A stretch of DNA of 63,418 nt, filler included, from Octopus bimaculoides (Eukaryota): the NCBI RefSeq assembly GCF_001194135.2. It is 5 parts of 5 records of this genome, joined end to end, with 100 filler letters (N's around TTAATTAATTAA, not from the genome) between each part and the next. Parts side by side here need not be neighbours in the genome. Positions count along the whole stretch, not along the records: positions 35,174 to 57,421 come from NC_069003.1; positions 57,522 to 62,067 come from NC_068986.1; 3 more parts are not named here. The stretch is one strand, 5' to 3'. The stretch's first letter is position 1; each line of letters opens with the position of its first letter. Positions 49,950-62,067 of this stretch are shown here, piece after piece. The notes under the pieces are model-generated. The model did no database searches. It was given only the letters and a program-made list of their open reading frames with translations, and had not been told where the DNA came from. A program made the translations under genes and the position numbers.

Positions 49950-50200
49950 CGAGGGTTCCAGTTGATCCAATCAACGGAACAGCCTGCTCATGAAATTAAC
50001 ATACAAGTGGCTGAGTACTCCACAGATACGCGTACTCTTGACGTAGTTCTTGGGGAGATTCAACATGACACAGAATGTGACAAGGTTGACCCTTTGAAAA
50101 TGCAGGTACTATTTGTTTTTGCCAGTTGAATGGACTGGAACAGCATGAAATAACATGTCTTGATCAAGGACGCAACGTGCCATAGGGAATCCGACTCACA
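49950..50200 (-). mobile_element. SINE family D
   Basis: Colinear with 45955-46202. Confidence 0.8.
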
Positions 50201-50946
50201 AAGTGATTACCCCAACCTCTAACCCATGCATCTTCACAGTTTAAATAATAGTTCTTGAATTAATACATTTGTTGATACTGTTTAACCCCAGTTTAAGCTC
50301 TGATTCAAAATCCTAATCAAATGCATTCCATTTTTCTCATTTATTAGGATTATCCAAAACTACATTAATCTAACATGTCCTTTCCATATTTTAGATGGTG
50401 AGGATATGGGTTGAGATAGATTTGGGTGCTATTTCTAGCAGATTGCATTTTGGTCATTGGCTAGTTGGAAATTGGGTCACTAAGCACTGAGTGCTTCAGT
50501 GTATATATGTTAAGTCAGGGTGGCTGGTAACGCTATCATTCCGAGATGGAGACCAACATCGTCGGCGCCACCAGCCTAAATAATCCAATACTGTTGTTGC
50601 TGTTTCTGTTATATTTACACAATTGTTACTCAAGAGACCAGTCTTAAGAATTATGGGAACTTTTTATTTATTCCTGCTCTCTGTCTTTTTCCCCTGTTTC
50701 TTCAGCTGTCAACGCCCACATAAGTCTTAAACCATTTTTAGTTTAAAGTCTTATATTCTTCTGCTGAATGTTGTAAGTTGTCATCGTGGTATTATCTTAC
50801 CATTCCGGATGTAACCAAAAGTTATTCCATTGGCCAAACTGGCTTAATAAACTTGTATTTCTTGAAAAGTAACAGGATTTTCGATGTCTTGTGATTTTTA
50901 AACCATATCATTTTTCACTTTTCTCTTGTCATTCCTTCTCTCTATG

Positions 50947-50992
<46 letters not shown>

Positions 50993-51159
50993 TACACACA
51001 CACACAGTTTTTATTTAATTGGTAGAAGTTATAGATGAAGAACCAAAAGTTCCATATATTGGCATTTATACATTACATACATACTCAGACAGACAAACAG
51101 GTTCACCCATATAATACACATTGATGTGTGTGTATGTATAGAGAGAATTGTTTTAATAG

Positions 51160-51202
<43 letters not shown>

Positions 51203-52157
51203 TTGAGTCAAAGGTTTTGCAATATTTTGGTAACTTATTTGCATTATCCATCAAGTTACAACTAAAGCAGCCTAGCATTCAAAGTAGGGGCCATCATGTT
51301 GTCCTGTCTGAAGCCTACTTTCTGCCAGTTTTCTGATCCCCTGCTGATATGAGTTCTTGCCCTTCAAGGTGAAGAACTCCTTGATGTGTTTACATCTACA
51401 TAACGTAGTAGTTTAGCAAAAGAGACTGATAAAATAAGTATCAGGTTTAAAAAAAGACAGTCACAGAGTTAATTCAAGTGACTAAAATTCTTCAAGGCAG
51501 TGCCCCAGCATGGCCACTGTCTAATGACTGTGAAGTACTGGAGGTGATTTATTTAGCTAAAACTCTTCAAAGCAGTGCTCCAGCATGATTGCAGTTCAAT
51601 TCCTGAAAGCTGTTGGAGTGGTTTTGGTTTGTAGTAATTGTTTATTATATTAAGTAACTCTTGGGTAATGGATTGGCAGAATTATTTGAAAATTTCCATG
51701 GGTTCCCTCTACATTAACATGAATAGTTAAGTGCAAAGTAACATGTTTGACACTACTTAGTTGTGTCCTCTTACATTTTGACTTTGAATTTTGTTGAATT
51801 CAACTTTGCTGTCCATCCTTCCAGAGTAGATAAGACAAAATACCAGTCATATAGCAGGGTCAGTTTACCCGGCTGTACTACCACCACCACCATCGCAAAA
51901 ATAAAATTGTGACCTTGTTTATGTGTTACAGACCCATGCAGTAATGATCCAGATAGGAAAGTGAGGTGCCCATTTCATTATATGTTAAAGCTAGGGCAAA
52001 GAAGTTGTCCCTAATCTTTGCCTGACCCCTGATACTGGGAAGATTATCAGAAGTCTTGCGCTAGCTAAGGACATTGAGGGCAGTGCTCAGGAACTACACA
52101 AGACCTTCAAAACTAGAAAGATAGTCCAGGATCTCTGATATGAAAGGATATTGCTTA

Positions 52158-52408
52158 AGGCGGCAAGCTAGCAGAAACATTAGCACACCGGGCTAAATGC
52201 TTAGCAGTATTTCATCTGCCGTTATGTTCTGAGTTCAAATTCCGCCGAGGTCGACTTTGCCTTTCATCCTTTCAGGGTCTATAAATTAAGTACCAGTTAT
52301 GCACTGGGGTCAATGGAATCGATTTAATCCCTTTGTCTGTCCTTGTTTGTCCCCTCTATGTTTATTTAGCCCCTTGTGGGCAAAAAAAAAAAAATTTTTT
52401 TTTAATAA
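52158..52408 (+). mobile_element. SINE family A variant with a 16-bp target-site duplication
   Basis: GAAAGGATATTGCTTA at 52142-52157 and again at 52409-52424. Family-A head and body with a different 3' tail. Confidence 0.92.
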
Positions 52409-53042
52409 GAAAGGATATTGCTTATGGCCTACACACGGGGCCTCCAAATGAGGGACGATTATTTTGTTAGAAGATTATTTTGTTTGAACATGTAGTAGCT
52501 TGACATCTGCAAAAGGAAACGTGGATGGGAAGGGAATTTCTTACAAAAAATGGCTGGTTTTGAATTAGTAGGGGGTGGTAAGGTGGGTGCTGCTCTTGTC
52601 ACCCCCAAGCGTGGAAAAAAAAACAAGGATTCAGTTGGGTGGAGCTGTTAATCAACCTAGCTGGCAAAGAACCAGGGACTATGGTAGGAGCAGCAGCAGC
52701 GGAAGAAGAAACAGATGTGATGCCTGTTGTCAGGTAAAGGTCCCCTAGGTCCCCTGATATTCTTGTTTATCATAATTAGTAGAAACTACTTTGAAGACTG
52801 CAAGCTTCAGTTTCACATGCAAAGTTCTGGCATCTCTCTTCACCATGCACCCCACACCCCACAAGTAAAAAAAAGGTACCAAGGATTTGTTGATATAACT
52901 GCTTTATATCTCACCAGGGGGGGATTGTGTGATATTTAAAGCATATGCATTTATCATTTAATGAAGAGGAGATTCGGCAGGGAAAGGAGGTAGGGGTTAA
53001 TTTTTACTTAATTAAATTCATTAATTTTGTGTAGCTGCCTGA

Positions 53043-53082
<40 letters not shown>

Positions 53083-53924
53083 GGTGTACACCTCTCCAAA
53101 TGACATTCTCTGCTAGTCTGAGACTAATGCTTCTTGATGCTAACATCTGTTTCGTTTTTACACCAAAATGCAATTTTCGTTTTGGGAATGGCTAGGATGA
53201 TTTCTTTCCATTAGATTTCTCTCAATTATTTCTTCAGTGAATAAAATACCAGTCTCGTAAACTTCCACTGAGTTAGCCTGCTGAAAATAACAGCCAAATA
53301 TCCTTTGAATACACTTCACCATCTTAGAAAAGGATATGTTTGGATAACGTGATCCCAAGTTCTCTACACATAGGGAAAAGATGTGATGGTCACAGTTGGG
53401 AAGCCTTAGTATAGTGTATTAATTATTGTAATTGTAATTTAACTCATATTCCCTTCTCCATCAGTCCTAGTTTATCACATAGCTATGATCAGATGTTGCA
53501 GTGTTGATGATAATAATGATCATCATCATTATAACCATTTCTACCTCCACTTTTTCCAAGCTGGTATGGCTTGAAGTAGTATTTTATGGCTGGATGCCCT
53601 TCCTGTTGCCAACCCTTCTTTTTCAAGTAAAGCATATTTATTCCATATTTATACCACACAGCCACCCCTGCCTCATCACAAGAAACCGTATAAGTTTTCT
53701 TTATTAGACCTTACTACATGACTATCCTATTTTTCTGGCATAAAAGTTGAATGTTTCAGGCTAAAATTTGTCACCCAAAATGGTAGGCTGACATACACCC
53801 TAAGACGACTTTGGGGGAACCAAAACTCCATGTGAAATGCAGCAGGATTTGGAAAGATAGTGACGATGTTTTTTTAATGTTTGTTTACACTATATATTAT
53901 TATGTTGACTTGTATGCCAGAAAA

Positions 53925-54033
53925 TCACACCATCGAAATCTCCAAACTCCGAAATAATGCATGAAATAATTCGAAACAATGCGAATAAACATGCGTTACA
54001 TTTGACAGAGTGAACTGAATGCTAAAGAGTTAA
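53925..54033 (-). mobile_element. piggyBac-type MITE arm
   Basis: Ends TTACATTTGACAGAGTGAACTGAATGCTAAAGAG|TTAA. Confidence 0.65.
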
Positions 54034-54136
54034 CCTGTCTCTTCGCTGAGAAAGCAATACACATTTAGCTTACCCAGTCTTTATGACGTAACAACGATGT
54101 TGTCTGTTTATCGTGCCCCCTTGCCATCTTTTACAG

Positions 54137-54151
54137 ACCTGCAATAACAAG
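54137..54151 (+). CDS. Candidate 15-nt microexon (unverified)
   Basis: GCCCCCTTGCCATCTTTTACAG|ACCTGCAATAACAAG|GTAGGG, with ~60 nt free of AG upstream. Confidence 0.3.
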
Positions 54152-54168
54152 GTAGGGAGGGATATAGA

Positions 54169-54205
<37 letters not shown>

Positions 54206-54427
54206 AAGTCTGTAATCTGTGTTGTTGAGTTTCGTCATATTCTGCTTCCCTTCTTTGTTGATACGGTTCCGCTCCTCTGGTTATGGGCCTCTCGCGTTAC
54301 ACTGCTCACATGCATGTATACACTATGCTCTCCTCCTCCTCCTCCTGTCCCCCAAATTATCTGCAGGTGGGTGGTTTCTTTACTCGAAACTGAAAGAATT
54401 GTGATGTATGTATAAAGTAGCCATTTT

Positions 54428-54612
54428 TTTTTTATCTTGTTTCAATCCTTAGACTGTGACCATGCTGGGGCACTGCTTTGAGGAACAATACTTTTTTTTT
54501 TTAATGGCTGGTACTTATTCTATAAGTCTCTTTTGCTGAGCTGCTAAGTTACAGGGATGTAAACACATTAGCACCAGTTGTCAAACAGTGGTGAGGGAAC
54601 AAACACAGACAT

Positions 54613-54660
<48 letters not shown>

Positions 54661-54805
54661 CTTTCCATCTACCAAATCCACTCACAAGGTTTTGATCAAC
54701 CCGAGGCTATAGAAGAAGACACTTGCTCAAGGTGCCATGCAGTGGGACTGAACCTAGAACAGTGTGGTTGGAAAACACGTTTCTTACCACACACCCCTGC
54801 CTGTG
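54428..54805 (-). mobile_element. SINE family B (CpG-decayed)
   Basis: GACTGTGACCATGCTGGGGCAC...CTACCAAATCCACTCACAAGG...GGTGCCATGCAGTGGGACTGAACC. Confidence 0.88.
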
Positions 54806-55144
54806 CCTATAGTCATCTAAATATGTCTACACATACACGTGTAAGGTTGTTCTTGATGGCTGTTCTGTTGCTCATTTCTGTGATTCCCAAATCTCCTTAT
54901 GGCCTTACTGAGGAGAGGTGGGGACAAGAGGATGATAAGCTCAGTTTGTGTTTCGACCTTTGTGTCTGAATAAATATTTTAACAAAGAATAGAATGATGG
55001 AAATAAGAGTTCGGCTCCTTCTGTCTGCCTTAAGACTTCAGATCTCACTTAACCAATTTTTATGTTATTCAAGGTCTGTATTTACCATGAGTACACTCCA
55101 CCTCAAAACACCCTCTGTCTCTGTGTGTTTGCATACATATATGC

Positions 55145-55660
55145 ATCATCATCATCATCATCATCATCGTTTAACGTCCGCTTTCCATGCTAGCATGGGT
55201 TGGACGATTTGACTGAGGACTGGTGAAACCGGATGGCAACACCAGGCTCCAGTCTGATTTGGCAGAGTTTCTACAGCTGGATGCCCTTCCTAACGCCAAC
55301 CACTCAGAGAGTGTAGTGGGTGCTTTTACGTGTCACCCGCACGAAAACGGCCACGCTCGAAATGGTGTNNNNNNNNNNGCCAGTCCAGGGGCACTGGCAA
55401 CGATCTCGCTCGAAAATCCTACAGGAGCCAGTCAGGCGGTACTGGCAACGGCCACGCTCAAAATGGTGCATCTCATGTGCCACCCGCACAAGAACCAGTC
55501 CAGGGGCACTGGCAATGATCTTACTTGGCTTGCCGGGTCTTCTCACGCACAGCCCATTTCCAAAGGTCTCGGTCCGTAGTCATCGCCTCGGTGAGGCCCA
55601 ATGTACGAAGGTCTTGCCTCACCACCTCAGCCCAGGTCTTCCTGGGCCTACCTCTTCCAC
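55145..55660 (-). mobile_element. RTE-clade LINE 3' end, same family as 48638-49650
   Basis: Minus strand reads GRGRPRKTWAEVVRQDLRTLGLTEAMTTDRDLWKWAVREKTRQAK*, then the 3'UTR and a (GAT)n tail. Confidence 0.93.
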
Positions 55661-57099
55661 GCTAATACATAATGATTATCGATTGTGAACGTGGTGTAAT
55701 GTCTAATATACAGAGCTATGATGTTCATTGTTCTGTGGTCTGAAGGATCAACAACAGTGTCAACAATCAACTAGCATAGATCTGAGAGTGTTAATGACCA
55801 TTATGGAGACAGTCCAAATGCCATAATTCTTTCTCGTAACTCCATATATTTGGCAGCGTCCATTCAACATTGATGCCAGAAGTTTGCAGTAATTGTCTTC
55901 AACCTCAGTATGTTGTCTTGTTACCATTTCAGGACGACTGACTATATAAGGAATAACTATCTAAAAGACAATTTCATTTTCATGTTAAATAGAATAGATT
56001 CCATTGAAGTATTTCTATGAATGTTTCCAGATTCCGTTCAATTTTCCACTGCAGCAGACATAATATAATTTCACATTTCAATTCTATTTTCGCTGCTGTT
56101 GGTAGTGGTTAAAATGAATTTCTCTCGAAGACATTCATTCTCTTGGTGTAATTCTATTAGAACCTGAACCAGCTGGTTGAATTAGTTGGGGGGTTTTTTT
56201 TTATTTTTTACAACCTTACATTTAACCGTTTCAATATCAACCTACCCAGGGCTGTTTCTTATTCTTTAATAGAAGACCACTCTTTTAACTTTTTATATCT
56301 AAACTGGTATTCTATAATTAAAAATTTATCCATGAACTCTTTCAAAAATAATTTTATGTTAGGAAAATTTAACATTTGTTATCATCATTAGCATCATCAC
56401 ACTATTACATACATATTCCTGTGGGCATAGACACACACATACAGTGGGCATCTGTGTTATACCCATCACATATTTTAAGTCAAATGGGTTTTAATGTTTC
56501 ATTTAAAAAAAAAGGCTTTTTAGTTATTTATTCTTTTTTTTTATAATCAGAAATTTCTAGAAAAGATAGAAAATATTAGTTCTTCCTTTCTGTTTCTACC
56601 TTTCTGTTGTCTTTCTCATTTCTTTTTTTCTCCATTTCAACTACTAATATCTAATTGACATTGATATATATACAGATTTAATTCAATGTCCATTAGCTAA
56701 TTACAGAAAAACTAAACCAACCAACAAGCCAACCAACTTCCCCCCACATACACACACACACACACACACTTCCTTTCACTTCCCCATTTCTAACTATTTC
56801 TGTGATTGATTGATTATTTTACATTATTGATAGCTACTTACACAGATGGGAGAGTGGCTGGCTAGGTGGTGGTGTTGGTGATGATGGTATGGAGAGGAAA
56901 ATGTTCCGTTACCATTTCTTTTTGTATGAAGTACTGAGCAACAGCAGAAACATGAAGACAGCTCTCAGAAACAAGACAAACTTAGATAACGTAACCTTTG
57001 ATCTTCAAATCCGTTTCAATGATTTCCAGCAAAAATCTCATCACTTTTGTTTAGCTGGCTTCTTCATTTCTGAACAACACCCATGTTTGCACATAACAT

Positions 57100-57335
57100 G
57101 TGGAGGCGTGTGGCTTAGTGGTTACAGGTGTTACACTCCTGATCGCAAGATAGTGATTTCGATTCCTGGACCAGGCGGTGCTTTGTGTTCTTGAGCAAAA
57201 CACTTTATTTCATGTTGCTCGAGTTCGCTCAACTGGCAAAAATGAGTAACCCTGTGAATGACTGGTATTCCATCCAGTGGGTGGAATATATATGGCACAG
57301 AAACCAGGAAATACTGGCCTTATGCATCTATATGA
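57100..57335 (+). mobile_element. SINE family C
   Basis: GTGGAGGCGTGTGGCTTAGTGG (A-box), TTTCGATTCC (B-box-like), TGTGTTCTTGAGCAAAACACTT (CORE/V-like segment). Confidence 0.8.
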
Positions 57336-57347
57336 CTTCAGAAAAGG

Positions 57348-57421
<74 letters not shown>

Positions 57422-57521
57422 NNNNNNNNNNNNNNNNNNNNNNNNNNNNNNNNNNNNNNNNNNNNTTAATTAATTAANNNNNNNNNNNNNNNNNNNNNNN
57501 NNNNNNNNNNNNNNNNNNNNN
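57422..57521. other. Artificial 100-bp scaffold linker
   Basis: 44 N + TTAATTAATTAA + 44 N. Confidence 0.97.
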
Positions 57522-58744
57522 CAGAGGTTGAACAAAATAATGGAAACACCTAGCATCGTAACATCATAATTTTGAAATATCTATAAAATCGCAAAAAGCT
57601 TGTTTATTCTTATGTTTTTTTTATTTATCATTAGTGTTGCTTAATATGTTTTGCTAAAATTGCTCTTTCTTTTCAGATATCATCAGAAAAAGATAATTAA
57701 ATTTCATTAAACTGACAGATCTATCGGACTTTCTAAGAGGCCAAATTGTTGGTGCTCGTATGGCAGGCGCTAGCGTAACGAAAGCAGCCGAAATGTTTGG
57801 TGTATCAAGAATTACGGTCTCGAAAGTAATGACAGCCTTTGAGAAAGACGGAAAAACGTCCTTGTCGAAACAAAACTCCGGAGGAAAACCAAAACTTTGA
57901 GATAGGGACTGTCGGATTTTTACGTGAATTGTTAGAAAGGATCACAAAAGTATAAGCTCTTAAAATTAGTGCAGAGCTTAATGACCACCTCGAGAACCCA
58001 GTTTCCTCAAAATCTGTTCGCCGGGAGCTGCACAAAGCCGGATGTCACGGGAGGGCTGCAATCAGAAAACCACTACTTTCAAAAAGAAACGTTACAAAGC
58101 CTTTAGAGTGGAGTAAAAACCTACAGAATTGGTCTCTAGAGCAGTAGAAGAATGTTATTTTCTCGGACGAGTCATCCTTTACGTTATTTCCGACCATCGG
58201 CCGAGTATATGTGTGGTGACAACCAAAAGAACTGCCTTCTTCCAACTGTTAAACATGGAGGAGTATCTGTGATGATCTGGGGGTGCCATATCTTGGAAAT
58301 CTGCCGGTCCAATGGTTTCCCTTCCCATTAATAGTCGAGACTATTTAAACACTTCATCTCATCAAATTCATCCTATGATTGCGGAACTGCCTCCGGAGGG
58401 AAACGCAATCTTTCAGGATGAGAATGCACCAATTCACACAGCTAAAGTTGTTACTGAATGGCACGAGGAACATACTAACTAGTGAAGTTGAGCATCTTAT
58501 CTGGCCACCACAGTTCCCAGATCTCAAAATTATTGAACATTTATGGTGCATTTGAGAAAAACAAGTATGGGGTTGATATCCTCCACTACCATCACTACAA
58601 GAACTGGAGACTGTCTTAGCTGAAAAATGGACAAAAATTCCTCGTAGAATTTAAGGTGTAATTACTGCCAAAGCGGTCCTACCCCATATTAGAATAAATT
58701 TGTCTGAAATTCGAAAGTCTCTTCATTATTTTGTCCCACCCCTG
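57522..58744 (+). mobile_element. Tc1-family (DD34E-type) transposon, near full length, pseudogenised
   Basis: TIRs CAGAGGTTGAACAAAATAATG and CATTATTTTGTCCCACCCCTG. Transposase remnants GASVTKAAEMFGVSRITVSKV, RRELHKAG..GRAAIRKPLL, VIFSDESSF, TVKHGG.SVMIWG, IFQDENAPIHTAK, WPPQFPDLKIIEHLW, with stops and frameshifts. Confidence 0.93.
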
Positions 58745-58801
58745 TGTATATATATATTATATTACCCTTATTACTCCCTCTCTCTCTCGCACTCTCTCCC
58801 T

Positions 58802-58868
<67 letters not shown>

Positions 58869-59833
58869 CTGTGTTTCTCATCCTATATTTTAGCTATTTT
58901 CCTACATTTTTTCTTCATATTTATTTCTTTTGAGAATCTAGTGTAAGCATCTTTACATTCATATTGGTTTTGTATATGTTAACATTTTAAGAATTTAGAT
59001 ACTGATTCTGAGTGATGGAAAGAAGCAGTGAGCTAAAAAGCAAAAAGCAATGACAAAACACGACAAAAATTTGAAAAGGAAAACTAAACGTACAAGTTTA
59101 GTAATTTTTGAGTAAATGTGGAACAAAATAGACAAATATAATTATAATAAAAAAAGACAAAAACTCTGAATAAGTATGCGGGAAACTAGATGAGCAACCA
59201 AAGTTGCATTCTAGTTGAAATATCATGCAGAGAAAAAAAGGGAATATACAGTCTAGGATTCTTAGGAAGGTTAAATTAACTGAGTCAATATATCGATCAA
59301 ATTTGGCAGAATATGAGCTGGACATATTCCAGGTGGATGGTGACACAATAAGTTAGGATGCAAGAATGCTGGAAAATAATGGAAGAGACTAACTGATAAA
59401 TATCTAAATATCAAATAATGCATGAAAGTAACTTTTACTGTAATAACTACCACCAAGATATCTAAACGGAACATATAATATGATTACGATTATATCCATT
59501 TATACTTTGATAAACAAGCTTAGAAGCTTCTATGATATATAGTGGTTTTGTCAGTGACTAGCCACTTTCTGCTTCGTAATGGAACCTAGTCTAGTTGATC
59601 TCCTCGACTTTACTGTATGAAATATAATTAACTTATCAGCATTCGAAAAATCATACGCGTGGGAGGATTCAAATTAAATGTACTTATTTATCTAGACTGG
59701 CCTTTTATTATATGGGCCGTATCGAAAGTTTTTCTGCCTGCAATTTACTTTTATATTACGTTATAGATTATTTGTAGGATACAGTACACATTAGTATACA
59801 TAGTAATTGCTGCCATTATTACTGTTGTTTATA

Positions 59834-60485
59834 AGGCGGTAAAATGAAAGAATCGTTAGCACGCTGGGCTAAATGCTTAGCGGTATTTCGTCCGTCTTTA
59901 CTTTCTGAGTTCAAATTCCACCGATATCGACTTTGCCTTTCATCCTTTCGGGGTCTATAAATTATGTACCAATTGTGCACTGGAGTCGACCTAATCGATT
60001 GGCCCCTTCCCACCTAATTTCAGGTTGTGTGCCTATAGTAGAAAGGAATATTGTTGTTGTTTATAAGGCGGCCAACTGACAGAAATGTTAGCACGCCTGA
60101 CGAAATGCTTAGCGGTATTTCATCTGCCGCTACGTTCTGAGTTCAAATTCTTTTCGGGGTCGATTAAATAAGTATCAGTTACGCACGGAGTCGATATAAT
60201 CAACTTCAAACCCTCCCACAAGCTGCCCTTCTGGCAAAAATTTGAAATCATTATTGTTGTATATAAGGGGACGAAATGGCAGAAACGTTAGCACGCCGAC
60301 CAAAATGCATTACGGCGTTTCGTCCGTCTCTACGTTCCGAGAACAAATTCTGCTGAAATCGATTTTGCCTTTCATCCTGTCGGAGTCGATAAAATAAGAA
60401 CCAGTTCAGCACTGGAGTTGACATAATCGACTCATCTCCGCCACCAAAATTGCTGCACTTGTGGAAAAATTTGAAACCATTGTTA
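59834..60485 (+). mobile_element. Three head-to-tail SINE family A copies (~59834, ~60064, ~60265)
   Basis: Three heads (TAAGGCGG / TAAGGCGG / TAAGGGG...GTTAGCACGC), each preceded by TTGTTG(T)ATA-type spacers. The middle copy is internally deleted. Confidence 0.88.
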
Positions 60486-62067
60486 TTGTTGCGTATGTTG
60501 TTCTTGTTTATTGCTTCGGAGGTTCTGTGAGTCTAAGCCTTGCTTTCATTTTCAAAAGATTATTTGTGTTCATTTTATTGTTTCACTTTATTTTCTTCAC
60601 CATAACCAAAAGAATTGAAAATGTTTTTAAAATAGAGTAATCATCACCAACCAGCTAGTAAGAGAGAAAGTAAGGTTGGAGATGTTTTTGTGAGTGAAAC
60701 AGTCTTTCTAAATACCAGACTGTAGGTATATCAGGCTTTTTGGGAGGATACTAAAGAGCACTATGCAGTGGCGCCCCTTTCTGCTGTTTGTCTAATTGAC
60801 AATGCCAAAGTTTGGTACACGTTCTAAGATTTTTCCAGATATGTATTACTGTATATCTTTCCGCCTTCATTCTAGGGGATAGAGTCTTATCATTTTCACT
60901 CTCAGTAACTGGCATGTCGTATTGAGACGATCTTTATGTAGCTTCGTTGGATTGCCACAAGTTCCCGCGTTAATTTTACACTGTTTGGTGACCACAGTTG
61001 GGAGCAGCAATCCAAACGGTTGAGGACGAATATCTTTATGGTTTATATATATATACATATATGTTTCCAATGTGTGTATTCATCAGGGAACATAAATTTT
61101 GAAAAGTTGCTCCTAGTTTTGTTAAAATGTTTTCGAGATATATTTATAGGAATAAGAATCTGGAACTACTTGTTCAATTTAAAACGTTATTTCATACGTA
61201 TAATTTTAACCCTTACACTATAGCGCTTGACATGGTTCCCAGTATATTAGAATAAAATTAATAAGTCAGCAACTTCAGATTACCACGAGAAGACATTGAA
61301 CATCAGCGTCAGGCGTTTTCCAAGTGGGAAGCCGAATCGAAATTGGTTTACCCTGTATTTTCATTTTTATTCTATGCAACTCATTACTAAATCCAGAAAA
61401 TATTTCATGATAAGGTCATTTGATGTTGGAATACTCAAATTCTTCCTAGGATAGCATTAATGATCCTCAAAAATAATATTGCACCTGTATTTTGTGGTTA
61501 TCGTTATTTAACCCCAAGTAAGCTCAAGATCAAGCGTATAAAGCCCTTAAGTTACAACTATCGTTATTTGGCTGATATTTTGGCAGGATCGAACAATTAA
61601 ACAGCGCTTATATACGATAAGTTCTCTTCAGTTTTTATAAAAACTGGGTTTTTTATTATTTTTCAAAACTAATTTCTCCACCGATTACAAAAATAGACAT
61701 ATCAAGAGAAAATTTGCTGCAACTTTTAAATTACATTCTGTGCAATATATTTCTCGATTTATATAGGTCCGGTGAGAATATCCATGCAATATTTACATTG
61801 TAGTTATGTTCACTAATTATATGTGGTATGGAACGTGTTTGTCTTTCCGCGCATAATGAAATGCGGTAAATATTGACCATCTGCTCAAATGCAACATATG
61901 TACTGTTAGAAAATCGAAATTAAATGGATTCAGTATATTAAATTCTACACTTCTATAGCACTTTTAGAGTTACAATATATATATGTGAGTGTGTGCGTGT
62001 GTACGTGTGTATGCCTGTATATTTAGATAAATACGAATATGATATATTCATATATATATATATATAT

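Noticed and set aside
50505-50560. Weak resemblance to the 5S rRNA internal promoter (TTAAGTCAGGG...GATGGAGACC)
   Set aside because: The spacing is wrong and the rest of 5S is not recognisable.
59834-60485. Regularly spaced repeats resembling a CRISPR-like array
   Set aside because: The units are whole ~200-bp diverged SINEs in eukaryotic DNA, with no short repeat-spacer structure and no cas genes.
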